Of a stretch of 64,000 nt of DNA, positions 39,622-53,171 are shown in pieces. The stretch is taken from positions 1 through 64,000 of the forward strand of contig JADIIX010000073.1 of assembly GCA_027604505.1 (NCBI GenBank). Reading direction: 5' to 3'. The stretch's first letter is position 1. Every line of letters begins with the position of its first letter. Position numbers and translations under genes: made by a program. The stretch is from Gonapodya sp. JEL0774. Its lineage: Eukaryota. The notes under the pieces are model-generated. The model did no database searches, had not been told where the DNA came from, and saw only the letters and a program-made list of their open reading frames with translations.

Positions 39622-39976
39622 TGGTGGCACCCATGGCCCGCCATGGGCAGCCACGGCAAAGGCTGCCCAAAGGTGGAGTGGAGCGAGTCTCCTCCTAAAA
39701 TGGAATAAAAACGCAACCCCCACATTTGGGATTTGGAATGGAATGCGGGATACATTTTATGTTCTTTGAAACTCAGTTTCCTCCTCTCTCCCTTCATGGA
39801 TCTCAACCCCCGTCCGTCTTGTTTGCACGCACTCTTCAAACCAACACTTTCTGGGCTGGCAAAGGTGAATGGGCAGGGAAAAGCGGACCAAATCACGGCG
39901 CAAAGTAGAACGAGCGAAGGATTTCCAGTGGATTGGACTGCCATAGGTCATTTTGATTGTAAATTTAGATCTAGAT

Positions 39977-40255
39977 CTGCAATGTTGGACAATAACAGTG
40001 CTTATGACAGCATAGTGGAAGGATGAGTTGATGCTCCCAAGAGAGCCTTGTCAATGAGCAACTTGTTTTGTGCTTGTATGTTTGTGGTGCCACATGGGTA
40101 TGGTGCAGGGAATGTAAACACCAACATTTCTGTGAAAACTGCAATGTTGGACATTCACAGTGTTTAAAAAAGAATAGTGGGAGGATGAGTTGATGCTCCA
40201 AAGAGAGCTATGTCAATGAGCAACTTGTTTTGTGCTTGTCTCTTTGTGGTGCCAC
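39977..40255. repeat. Imperfect direct repeat, period 162 bp
   Basis: CTGCAATGTTGGACA...GGATGAGTTGATGCTCC...TGTCAATGAGCAACTTGTTTTGTGCTTGT...TTTGTGGTGCCAC occurs starting at 39977 and at 40139. Confidence 0.9.
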
Positions 40256-40383
40256 CATCCTGGTCACAAGAGGGACATTTCGAGCCTAAACCTGTGAAAC
40301 AAATGACTTTCATTGATTGTACCACGTAAAAAAAAGTGTAAAGATGACCTCACATGGGGATATTTGTCATTGTTCAATGAGCA

Positions 40384-43300
40384 ATCTATGACTTGCTCTT
40401 GATTGAACTCCTTCCAGGCTTGACTCTCATCAGCGTGGGCTCAAGGTTTGTGATTACAGTTGCAAAGTGGAACTTGTCCACCAACGCTTGCACTTCACTT
40501 GGCAGACTCTTGTAGTCCTCGCTGTGAGCTGGAAATACTTCTTGTGCCGTCCTCACACCAAATGTCCTGAACCAAGTGTCCTTCTGGATCTCGTCCATCA
40601 TCTCAAAGAAGTCAGGCACATCATGGGCGTAGCGTACATAGTTATAGCTCAAGTCATCGCAAGCTTGCCTTGTAAGGCGGCACAGCTGTGCGTGATCGGT
40701 GCTTTACCACTGGGCTGTGGCGTTTGAACGTAGGACCCTCGTGACGCAATCAGCAATGTCGCAGATGTACAACCGATAAACCTTGTCGAGTGTTGGTCAA
40801 ACTACATACCCCGGTTTTACTATGGCTGCCAGGGCGTTCAGGAGGAATATGAAGTACCTCAGAGAGTCGGGAGTCGATGAGGCACCTGCGGTCGCAGTCG
40901 GTTTTCGCCGAATCTCTTCCCGGTACTCTTCCTGGGTCTGCCCTGTTCTAGCAGTGTTTCCTGTGCCAGTTGCACAACGCCGATAAGCTTTCCCTTCGTG
41001 GAGTCCCCTCACCCATTTTACCCACTGTGCGCTCCCTGGCAGAATGTTTCTTGGACACGGGAAACTGCTTGGGACAATCAGTTGATCATTTGATCGTGGG
41101 TAACTCTTCAACACAGCGAGAAACTGTTGCACTTGGGTTTCCCGCGTCTCCAACCTGGGAGTACCTTCAGTGAGAGTGGGAAGATTTCTGGATGCGACCT
41201 CAGAGCTTGCTGTCGACGGTTTCGACGGCTTTGGAGGAAGTTGCACGGATTTTCTCTTTGCTTCAGATGGAATAAATATGCCAAGATTTGAAGTAGTTTA
41301 TGGGAATATTATATGGAGTGACGTGAGATATTTTCATGTGTTGAACATGGGCCAACTCCGCAAGAATAAGATGACGAACCCACCCAAATGTGCACCAGAC
41401 AGCCGCAACGACTTCACCAGACACGCGTGATCATGCGAAACACAAGCGATGCAGCTCTAGTTTTGCTTGTATGTTGATCACCGCATCAAGCTTCTCAAAG
41501 TCTTGTATCAGCAGATCGAGAAATTCGGTCACTTGCTCCTCGGATCCATCATCCAGAACCGAGGAGTGGAAACGCTTGTCAATCGGAAATTAAGGTCAGA
41601 CTCAGTTACTATGCGACATTTAGTGGTTGGGCGATGGGCTACTCACAGTGTCCATGATATCAAAATCGTCTGACCTCATTTCACGAGCCAATCGCCATCA
41701 GACGTACACACTCAGTAACGCTGAGTTGAGGATGCACAGTCCATACACCTGATAGTATGTCCAAGCGAAAATAGGATCGTACTTGAAGAATCCTGGATGG
41801 ATGTTCGGTGAGATGAGACACCAGTCACAAGGACCGGATTCCATTTTCGTGATGTAAGTCTTCCCAGCCAGTTCAAACATGCATTGCTTGTATTTGAGGC
41901 TACAGATTTTTTGGGATGGGATGTTGCGGTTCCCATCCTCTCCCCGCCGACGCTTCGCCGGTTCGTACCTGAACCGTTCCTCTATCGCCATTTTGTCCAA
42001 CATGGGATCCCCAAGCAATCCATGGAGGAAAATTGTTGTCACAGCCTCGCTGTTTGCCGCTATGTGGATGGGGCGGATTGTGGAGAGCTGTTCCCGGAGA
42101 AACCACAGAGGTACGTAGTAGCATCCGCGATCCTTGGTGGGGAGAGCGTCCACAAATGGACCTAGGGCAACATTAACTGTGTAAGCAGGTCGCGCGTTCT
42201 CCACCATTGTGGTGAGCACTGGTGTGTGCACTCTGAGAGCGAGGTCTCAAGTGACCAGAGGACCGGGACCAGAATGTGGATGGAAGAACGGTACCTGGCC
42301 ATCGTAGTTACGGAGTGTGATGTCCTTGAAGATATGGATTGCCGGGAACCGACCTTTCACCGTGGAGATCGGATCACTGATTTGGGTGAGTGTGAAATCC
42401 AGTGGTTTCAGGGATCTTCGCCAAGGTTAAAGATCGCCGAAAATCCATTTTGATCCTCGTAGTACACTCTTTGGAGTCGCTCTTTCATCGACTCGTCAGC
42501 AGCGCGATGCACTGGTGTCCCATGGAGCAGAGTCCCAAATTCAACGATGGATCAATGGAGATAGAGAAAGGTACGAGAACATCAATCAGCGGTCCGTTTG
42601 CTTAAAATATATGAAAAGATAAATGCCAAACTGGCCTGGCTTCACGCTCTCTTGCTCCACTTCCTGAATGTATTGTGACATAACCTTGCCAACCGAGGTT
42701 ATGGCATCCTTGACATCCGCACCAAGAGTCAGCCGCCTGATGTACCCGCCGATCGCGGAGTTGAGCGCAGTTGGGCCCAACAGTATTATGAGTAGGTCTT
42801 CGATCTCGCTGACAAAATCCAGAACCAGCTCCGGGTAAAGGCCGCCCCAACTTGGAACCTCTACACGGATCACGGTGACGGCGTTGAGATAGTCCATGAC
42901 TTCAGCGAATCCAGAGACATCGAGTTCATCCATGTCTGGTGAGTCGTAATTGTTGTCTGTGGTGGATTCTTCTGGATCAACAGTCGACGTTTTGTCCACG
43001 TCCATCCTTTCGAGACCAGCTCGTACCAGACCAACTTGCTTGATGAAGTTGACTGCGCGAACCTGTGCGGTTTTCGAATTCATATCCGCCGTCATCCTCT
43101 CCATACCATCACACTTTCGAGACACACTGCCATAGAAGAGTGTGTGGGTGTTGTTGCTTCCTCTCGTATTGTTATTGACTTTGCTTATTTCGCGCTGTAG
43201 GTCCATCTCGTGCTTAAGCACCAACATTGCCGCGTACGGGGAATCCCCAGGGAACTTCTGGCGGTATTTTTCTACGAATTGGTCGAACTCAGGGTTGGAT

Positions 43301-44052
43301 AGAGTGAATTCTCGGATATAGTAGTGGAATCTTCAGGAGGCAAAATATCCGCACGGCAAATGTAAGTGTCTCTTGTCTTTTCCGTAGAAAATACGGTGTT
43401 TGCTTCTCGTGCCGAGAACTCACTCTTCCATTCCCGGAACATCTACTCCGTCCATATTTCCCTGATTGACAACGGAGACATTGCACCAATTGGTGAGTCT
43501 GTCTGGCAGCGGCACTGGGCACGGATTTGTGAGTAAGTCAGTGTGGAGATTGCCGGTGAATGACAGACGGAGGTTCATATGTTTGAAGTTGTGTCGCACG
43601 TGCGGTTTTAGCCTCATCACCACACAGGGCAGTTCGCGAGCGGTTGCTACCCCTGAGTTTGCCGCCACCACCGAGTTGAGCCAAGTCCTGCTGCACAATC
43701 CGAGAACATCATGGATCAGCGATGCAGATATAGGTTTGGATTTCCCTTCGCGGAGGTGGTGAGTGCAATTTTCTACAACTTGGCAAAGCATGTTTATTGT
43801 GTTGTCATCACTCTGATTGTTTAGGAAACCCAGCGAATCAAGCATCGCCTCATCACATTCAACTTTCCCGAGTGCGGCCTCCTCGAACCGTGCCATCCGC
43901 TCAAGATGTGCTTCAACACGCTCTTCAACGCGCTTTGCGTGCTGTTCCGCTTTCTTGGCGCGATTTGATTCCATCTTGGTGGTTTGCGTATCAATGTGCG
44001 TCGCAATGGCACTGCGTATCCACGAGTGACCGGTACCAGAGCTTGGATCCAT
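40384..44052 (-). pseudogene. Disrupted paralog of the orphan gene at 49026-53171
   Basis: It has the same exons as copy B, but with indels near 42403, 40672 and 40432 and loss of the last ~155 codons. Confidence 0.75.
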
Positions 44053-45090
44053 GGTGGGATTTGTGAGATGAGAACGTGAGTGAAATTTGATTTTGGTCTT
44101 GTTGTTGGGGAGCGGGGTGGAGTACCGTTGGAATGCGAGGGGAACTTGGGGGTCACAAACGAGGTGAGTTCTATGCCAAGCGTGAAGATACAGCGGCTCA
44201 AGGCCAAGTTGTGCTTGCTCACATGATTCTTAGAGTTTTGAGAGTGAGAAGAGTAGGTTTGCTGGTGTGTAAGTGGAGAAAAATGGGTGATGCTCAGTAC
44301 TAGTCCATGCAGAGATTTGCAGTCCGCAGAAGTGACCATAATAGAAATGTAACGGTTTCAACTTTATTTCCAGTTTTACCGTTGAAAATTAAGTGTCCAA
44401 ACCGCGGTCTGTTCCATAATTTCCGGTTTGGGAACGTGGCTCACCTCGTTCACACGGGGATTTCAAGACGATTCAAAGTTCTACGGACACAACGAGACGC
44501 TCAAATACATGCTGTGATTGATGAAAGTCGACTGCGCTGGTCGTCTCTGGTCCTTGTGGCTTCACAACAAAAAAAATTGGACAAGAGGGGGAGGCGGAAG
44601 AGTCTCGGACGGTCGTGGTCGCAGACGCTTGTACCAGAGGATTCCACCGCAGAAAGATCAAGCGGAGAGATGTGGTTTCGATTTCGCTCGGGAAAGTCGT
44701 CCCTCTTGGTGAAGGACTCTGTGGGTTGTGATGAGGTTCGACAGAATCCTTGCACGGTCGGTGGGTGGTGGGTAATGCAGGGAATTTTTGTGAGCTTCGC
44801 TTCCCACCCCACATGTAGACAGTAATAGCCGCACAAGTTTTGAATTGTGTTATTGAAACCGTATTCCAACTTTATTTCAAGCACAAAAGCGTCATCCCGA
44901 GAGACCTCATGTTGATGCTAGCCAATCGATATTTGCACATGGCCCACGTTACGGTCGCAACATTACTTCAACATGTCGCCAATGCATCAACCGCTTCAAT
45001 TGGACCTGGCCACTGTCTGCCTTTGTCAAACATCTTGATGTTGCCAGAGTCCCTTTTGCCAATCAAGGGGAACCCACGAGAGTCAGAGCT
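40384..45090. repeat. Duplicated cassette, long block, copy A (~4.7 kb)
   Basis: Colinear, highly similar direct copy at 49497-54193. Confidence 0.97.
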
Positions 45091-47100
45091 ATTTGAGAGG
45101 GTGTGGAGTCTCGTCGAACGGTGTGTGGGTGTGTGTGCCATACCCACTCCCCGCCCCTTCCCCGCCCCCCACACCGTCCCACCAGACGTATCGTGCCTTG
45201 GAGTCTGCCAAGTGGAAGAATGATTGGATGCGATGGGCAGATTTGCAAATGGTTCCGTCCATGTGGCGATTCACAAATATCAAGGTGTTGGATCTTGAAG
45301 AACCCTTGCCTGCCAGCAGTGGGCTCTTCCGAACATATTTCTCCACGGCTTCTTGCCCTTCGATACTCCACCCTCTATCTTACCTGCTGGAACCGACAAA
45401 ACACCTGCATCAGTGAATGAGCTGGGGCAGTAGTCCTTGGTACCTGTCCTTCTTGGCATCCACTACCAGACGAGGGGCACAGCCCTCAAGCATTCCCACT
45501 ACTTACCTGCTCACCTTGTGGCGAAGAAATTTGGCAATTGGGAAAGCAAGTAACAGTCTTTGGTGACCGAAATGCCTTACCACTGGACGTCCTTACCCCC
45601 ATCTGCACGCTAAACTCTTTATAAACCTGACTTGTCACACTCTTGGAAGCTGGAAGACATCAGTGCCTATGAACAGAGGAGATAAGTTAGTTTCAATGAC
45701 CACCAATATTGGAAGAATTAGATATCCCCGATCTTGGAAGAATGAAGAATGGCTTTAAAGGGGGAGAGCAATGAGAGTGAGATTGTGAAGAGAGACTGTG
45801 AAACACAGCCACTTGGCCGCGCTAATGGCACTTCAGATGAACTGGACCAGTAAGGAAAACAGTAAATATACGAACCAGAATAGAGAGGAATAGATATCCA
45901 GATAGATTAGGCGCATCAGATTCCCAAGACGATCGTCTGATTGAGCAACCAGCATGCCTTACGAGTCCACCATCAGAGGCCAAGGCGTACATTAATGTAG
46001 CGCCAAGGCATCGACCAACTATATGAAGCAGAATCCTGCTAGCCCCCTCAAGTGGATACGTTTCAGCTGCTGGCTCTCAAACGACCATGCCCACTGTTCA
46101 AGCCACCAAAAGCTATAGAATCTCATCACTCTTGTGAATGAGTGTTCTCACACGGGAAAGCTCAACTCCACCCTATCCCGAAAAATAGAGTGATATGCTA
46201 TCAAACAACAATACCCCACCCCAAAGGATGGAGTGACATCTTCTCAAATGACAATGCCCACTCTTTAAGCCACACAAAGCATGCTGTTGGGATTACTCAG
46301 TCCCTCTGGCTGTGAGCCTCTGGACGCAGTGGACGTGGACGCGTACGATGGAGACAGCGACGGGTGTCTGAAATGCCCCGAAGCGTGGGACAGTTTGTCG
46401 TCCCAGCGGATCGTGACCAGCAATGGGTGACAGAGCCCCAGGAGTACCGGCACCTGACGTCGTGCCGAATTTCGAGAGACCTCGGGCGCGTTGAGTGGGT
46501 TTCCTGGCCGCCGCACCTGTTCCACCTCCTCCGCCAGCTCCGAACCCGCAAAACGTCATCCACCCTCTTCCCTCCCTACAACCTGCACTACTTGCATAGA
46601 TGACCTCCCTCACACCACTCTCAACGAGCATCAATGCCGCAGCCGCGAAGCGATCTACTGCAAGGCCTGGGAAAGGAGTCTCTGGTTCGGAGTGGGAATC
46701 GACGTCACCGAGGCACGCAATGCGTTGGATCGACGTCCGTTCGAGTTAGTTGAGGAGGGATGCGAGGATTGTGGTGCGGACGGCAGTGGGTGTGGGTGTT
46801 GGTCGAGGCTTCGGTGTGGTGCCACTGTGAGATCGTCCATTGTGGTGGTCCCCTATTCCGTATCACTGTCCGACCCGTCCGACACGTTGGCCATCTGCGT
46901 CAACACCCACCTGTTTCAAACTACTGAGCTGCTGCGGTGTCGGTCCTCCACCGTCGACGACGACACGATCGATACCAGCCACCCCATCACACTCCCCGTC
47001 GCCGCAGCCTCACAATGGCGACCACGTTGGCCGCCACGGGGAACCCCAGGCCCATGATGGTCTCTGTGCGACATTTCTGACGACGATCCGGAGGACAAAG
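44510..47100 (+). pseudogene. Divergent orphan gene (multi-exon), apparently interrupted at ~45400-46300; boundaries approximate
   Basis: Coding-like exons VLNCVIETVFQLYFKHKSVIPRDLMLMLANRYLH..., TYRALESAKWKNDWMRW...IKVLDLEEP and EAIYCKAWERSLWFG...CEDC...CGC are separated by GT-AG introns and a stop-rich block. Confidence 0.35.
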
Positions 47101-47757
47101 CCGAGGACGCTGAGGCCATGGTGGCGAGCGAGGTGAGCGAGTGGGACAGCAGAGGGAGGCGGAGCGGGAGCGGATCAAGGTAGTGGCTTGGTTCGGGCAC
47201 GCCGGGTCTGTATCATTTGAGAATGAGGAATTGGTTGGGTGAGTTGTACTCACGCACCGCCAACCTGACGCAATCCTCCAACTTACGCGTGGTCGTCCAA
47301 CTACACGCCTTGTCCCCCCAACGTGCGCCTCCTTCCTTCCTCCCCCCGTTTGCGGGGGATGTGGGGGGTCGGGTTGGTGATGGTGGTGGGTGTGGACGGG
47401 ACGGTGAAGAAGGTGGTGATGGTGATTAGGGAGGAGACGACGGTGGCGATGATGGATGTCGAGGCCCACAAGACGCAAGGGTTGGGGGAGGTGGTCGGTG
47501 GTCGGTGAGCGGGGCTACACAAGGTACTGAAGCGGTGATGCGCCGCTGACATGTTGGACACCAGGAAATCGGACAATCCAGATCCCGGGACACGTTGAGC
47601 TGGTACCTGTCCCTGACCACCACTACCTCCGCCCTGCTAAAAGATGCACGGGACAGGCATCTGCGGAGCAATAAGGGAGCGTTCGCACGATAAGCACTTG
47701 GCATGTCCGCATGCAAGCAAAATGCAAATGCTTACCAGACAATCCTAAACCGCGGGG

Positions 47758-48337
47758 AGTGAAGCGGCAACCGCCTCTACAGTCCTTTGCACACGCTTTA
47801 CTGCCAATGCGTCCGGACTGCAATAAACTTTGGACGACCTGAAAGATTCACAGGCGCTATGACAAGTCCAGGACGGTACTCATACCCGTCAGCAGAAGGT
47901 GGAGGAATTTTCCGAGTGATTCCCGTGGAAGGAAAGGGTGAAGGGGAAAAAAAATGTGAAAAGGGATTGCCGCTGCAACAGCAGATGAGACACGCGACAG
48001 TGAGCGAGCTGATGACCAGTCCAGATGTGCTGATAGCAATCCACTAACTTACCTGAATAGGATTGATGGATGGTTTGAGAACCATAATATGATCTAGTTA
48101 TGACTCCCCAGTAGCCGGCCCGTGCAACACTCCTAGTATCATTTTAAGGCTGAGTTTTGATGATAATTCAGGCCTCTAAACGACAATTTACGTGGCCGGT
48201 TAAAGTTTTCGGGGAAGCTGAGTTGTACCAGCCTGTTCGGGTCCAGGTGGAGTAATGCCTGGTTGCAGGCTGGTAACCCGGCCTAAATGGATGGATGGGT
48301 GCGGTCATTCAGTCCGAACTCGGTTGTCGTGAACTGT
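47758..48337. repeat. Duplicated cassette, short block, copy B
   Basis: Direct copy of 39043-39621. Confidence 0.95.
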
Positions 48338-49025
48338 ACTTGTGTGGCTGAACATTTTGGTTTGTACTGTAGGGTCCCCCGACGGTATAGGAGGCTGTAC
48401 AAACACTCGAAGCTGCGATACCATCCACCAAAAGTATGCGAACGGTTTTTCAATGAGCGCTCAAGACTTCAAAAAATGGTACGGGGCGGGCCGCATGTAC
48501 CGTCCCTGCCCCACCTCACCACACCAAAACCCGGGAACGACGCCATATTGAACTAACCACTCATTTTGACAGCCAAGATGAATGAATGCGTATTGGTTCA
48601 CCAATGTACCGCTTTGAACAGGCCCCCAGTGTCAACAGCCAATACTTCATGTGGTGTGCACACACCATTTGAAAATATACATCTCTGTATATCTAAATTT
48701 ACAATAAAGCTTGTCATCGGTTTGAGAATGGGTTAGGGGGGGGGGGGGTGTGGTGTGTGCTCCGTCCCCACGCACTCCGCACCCCACTCAACGGCCCACA
48801 CCTTGGCAATATCTGCATATGCAAGTAACAAACTCTGTAGACATCAAAAAGGAGGTAATGTACATCCCCAAATCTCAACAGCCATTACAATAATGAAACA
48901 CATTATAGCCCACAATTCTGCTGAAACATTTAACCTCTTCCAGGCACTCCAGAACCCTTTACTCATCCTTCTCCGTGTTGTCCACTGCCCAGCTCGGCTA
49001 CCTGTTCACAACTGACTCAAGTGTA

Positions 49026-52000
49026 CTACCCTGCATTGACATCCTCATTTCGTGGCTGCAGTGGATGTCTTTTATTCTGCTTCTTGTGCATCTTGTCGAG
49101 GTTGTTCACATACACCGCAAACAGCTCGGCACGGATGTCTGCGGGCAAATTCCAGACATTGCGCTCGACCTGTTTCACCTCTTGCTTTGGTTGCTGCTTT
49201 GAATCTCTATGAGAACTGTCACTTTTTCTGCCGCACTGGAACAATCGGTTCGGTGGACCAGGCACTCTCCCTCGCCACACTTGACGATGGCATTCAGTGC
49301 ACTCCAGACGTACCCATTCCATTTTTGGGTTCCCAATCACTTCGCTTACCGATAAGATCTGCCTATCTTTCCGTAGTTCCACGCAGGAATTCAGGAAGCT
49401 TGGTTGTGAACCCCCGAGCACATCCTCCTCGGTAGGTGTGGCCTCTGCGAGAACGATACTCGGTGGCCCACTTGACCGATACAGTTTCAGGAGACGATCT
49501 ATGACTTGCTCTTGATCAAACTCCTTCCAGGCTTGACTCGCGTCACTGTCCGGCTCAAGGTTTGTGATTACGGTCGCAAAGTGGAACTTGTCCACCAACG
49601 CTTGCACTTCACTTGGCAGACTTTTGTAGTCCTCGCTGTGAGCCGGAAATACTTCTTGTGCCGTCCGCACACCAAATGTTCTGAACCGAATGTCCTTCTG
49701 GATCTCGTCCATCATCTCAAAGAAGTCAGGCACATCATGAGCGTAGCGTACATAGTTATAGCTCAAGTCATCGCAAGCTCGCTTTGTTCTGGCGGCACAG
49801 CTGTGCGTGATCGGTGCTTTACCACTGGGCTGTGGTGTTTGAACGTAGGACCTCGTGACGCAATCGGCAACGTTGCAGATGTACAACCGATAAACCTTGT
49901 CGAGCGTTGGTCGAACTACATACCCCGGTTTTACTATGGCCGCCAGGGCGTTCAGGAGGAATGTGGAGTACCTCAGAGAGTCGGGAGTCGATGAGGCACC
50001 CGCGGTCGCAGTCCGTTTTCGCCGAATCTCTTCCCAGTACTCTTCCTGGGTCTGCCCTGTTCTAGCAGTGTTTCCCGTGCCAGTTGCACAACGCCGATAA
50101 GCTTTCCCTTCTTCGAGTCCCCTCGCCCATTCTACCCACTGTGCGCTCCCCGGCAGCATGTTCCTCGGACACGGGAAACTGCTTGGAACAATTGGTTGAT
50201 CATTTGATCGTGGGTAACTCTTCAGCACAGCGAGAAACTGTTGCATTTGGGTTTCCTGCGTCTCTGACCTGGGAGCACCTTCAGTGAGAGTGGGAAGATT
50301 TCTGGATGTGACCTCGGAGCTTGCTGTCAACGGTTTCGACGGCTTTGGAGCTAGTGGAACGGATTTTCTCTTTGCTACAGATGGAATAAATGTGCCAAGA
50401 TTTGAAGTAGTTTATGGGAATATTATATGGAGTGACGTGAGATGTTTTCGTGTGCCGAACATTGACCAACTCCGCAACGAGAATAATATGACGAACCCAC
50501 CCAAATGTGCTCCAGACAGCCGCAACGACTTCACCAGACACGCGTGATCACGCAAAACTCGGCGATGCACCTCTAGTTTCCCTTGTATGTCGATCACCGC
50601 ATCGAGCTTCTCGAAGTCTCGTATCAGCAGATCGAGAAATTCGGTCACTTGGTCCTCGGATCCATCGTCCAGAACCGAGGAGTGGAAACGCTTGTCAATC
50701 AGAAATTCAGGTCAGACTCAGTTACTATGCGACATTTAGTGGTTGGGCGATGGGCTACTCACAGTGTCCTCAGAATCAAAATCGTCTGACCTCATTTCAC
50801 GAGCCAATCGCCATCGGACGTACACACTCAGCAACGCTGAGTTAAGGATGCACAATGCATACACCTGATAGTATGTCCAAGCGAAAATAGGATCGTGCTT
50901 GAAGAATCCTGGATGGATGTTCGGTGAGATGATACACCAGTCACGAGGACCGGATCCTGTTTTCGCGACGTAAGTCTTCCCAGCCAGTTCGAACATGCAT
51001 TGCTTGTATTTGAGGCTACCAATTTTTTGGGGTGGGATGTTGCGGTTCCCATCCTCTCCTCGCCGACGCTTTGCCGGTTCGTACCCGAACCGTTCCTCTA
51101 TCGCCCTTTCGTCCAACATCGGATCCCCAAGCAATCCATGGAGGAAAATCGTCGTCACAGCCTCGCTGTTGGCCGTTATGTGGATGGGGCGGATTGTGGA
51201 GAGCTGTTCCCGGAGAAACCACAAAGGTACGTAGTAGCATCCGCGATCCTTGGTGGGGAGAACGTCCACAAATGGACCTAGGGCAACATTAACTGTGTAA
51301 GCAGGTCGCGCGTTCTCCACCATTGTGGTGAGCACCGGTGTGTGCACTCTGAGAGCGAGGTCTCGAGTGACCAGAGGACCGGGACCAGAATGTGGGTGGA
51401 AGAAGGGTACCTGGCCATCAAAGCTACGGAGTGTAATGTCCTTGAAGATATGGATTGTCGGCACCCGACCTTTCACCGTGGAGATCGGATCACTGATTTG
51501 GGTGAGTGTGAAATTCACGTGGTTTCGGGGATCCTCGCCAAGGTTAAAGATGGCCGAAAATCCATTTTCGTCGTCGTAGTACACTCTTTGGAGTCGCTCT
51601 TTCATCGACTCGTCAGCAGCGCGATGCGCTGGTGTCCCATGGAGCAGAGTCCCAAACGCAACGATGAATCGATGGAGATAGAGAAAGGTACGAGAACATC
51701 AATCAGCGGTCCATCTGCTCAAAAAATATATGAAATGTCAAATGCCAAACTGACCTGGTTTCACCCTCTCTTGCTCCACTTCCTGAATGTATTGCGACAT
51801 AACCTTGCCAACCGAGGCTATGGCATCCTCGACATCCAGCCCAAGAGTCAGCTGCCTGATGTACCCGCCGATCCCGGAGTTGAGCGCAGTTGGGCCCAAC
51901 AGTATTATGAGTAGGTCTTCGATCTCGCTGACAAAATCCAGAACCAGCTCCGGGTAAAGGCCGCCCCAACTTGGAACCTCGACTCGGATCACGGTGACGG

Positions 52001-53171
52001 CGTTGAGATAGTCCATGATTTCAGCAAATCCAGAGGCATCGAGTTCATCCATGTCTGGTGAGTCGTAATTGTTGTCTGTGGTGGATTCTTCTGGGTCAAC
52101 AGTTGACGTTTCGTCCACGTCCATCCTTTCGAGACCAGCTCGTACCAGACCAACTTGCTTGATGAAGTTGACAGCTCGAACCTGTGTGGTTTTCGAATTC
52201 ATATCCGCCGTCATCCTCTCCATACCATCACACTTTCGAGACACACCGCCATAGAAGAGTGTGTGCGTGTTGTTGCTTCCTCTCGTATTGTTATTGACTT
52301 TGCTTATTTCGCGCTGTAGGTCCATCTCGTGCTTACGCACCAACATTGCCGCGTACGGGGAATCCCCGGGGAACTTCTGGCGGTATTTTTCTACGACTTG
52401 GTCGAACTCGGGGTTGGATAGAGTGAGTTCTCGGATGTAGTAGTGGAATCTTCAGGAGGCAAAATATCCGCACGGCAAATGTAAGTGTCTCTTGTCTTTT
52501 CCGTAGAAAATACAGTATTTGCTTCTAGTGCCGAGAACTCACTCTTCCATTCCCGGAACATCTACTCCGTCCATATTTCGCTGATCGACAGCAGAGACAT
52601 TGTACCAATCGGTGAGTCTGTCTGGCAGCGGCACTGGGCACGGATTTGTGAGTAAGTTGGTGTGGAGATTGCCGGTGAATGACGGGCGGAGGTTCATATG
52701 CTTGAAGTTGCGTCGCACGTGCGGTTTTAGCCTCATCACCACACAGGGCAGTTCGCGAGCGGTTGCTACCCCTGAGTTTGCCGCCACCACCGAGTTGAGC
52801 CAAGTCGTGCTGCACAATCCGAGAACATCATGGATCAGCGATGGAGATATAGGTTCGGATTTCCCTTCGCGGAGGTGGTGAGTGCGATTTTCTACAACTT
52901 GGCAAAGCATGTTTATTGTGTTGTCATCACTCTGATTGTTTAGGAAACCCAGCGAATCAAGCATCGCCTGATCACATTCAACTTTCCCGAGTGCGGCCTC
53001 CTCGAACCGTGCCATCCGCTTAAGATGTGCTTCGACAAGCTCTTCAACGCGCTTTGCGTGCTGTTCCGCTTTCTTGGCGCGATTTGATTCGAACTTGGTG
53101 GTTTGCGTATCAATGTGCGTCGCAATGGCACTGCATATCCACGAATGACAGGTACTGGAGCTTGGATCCAT
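49026..53171 (-). CDS. Large multi-exon orphan protein (roughly 1100 aa) with Cys/His clusters; function unknown
   Basis: The first three long ORFs (52539-53171, 51738-52450, 50736-51630) join in frame via plausible introns. The joins to 50412-50690 and 49026-50330 were not resolved. Motifs include CNVADC...HSC and CTECHRQ...QC. Confidence 0.7.

Noticed and set aside
44815..44884. TIQNLCGYYCL on the minus strand resembling a Polinton/adenain protease motif
   Set aside because: The Q-to-C spacing is too short, no His/Asp motifs lie upstream, and the opposite strand looks like the real coding frame.
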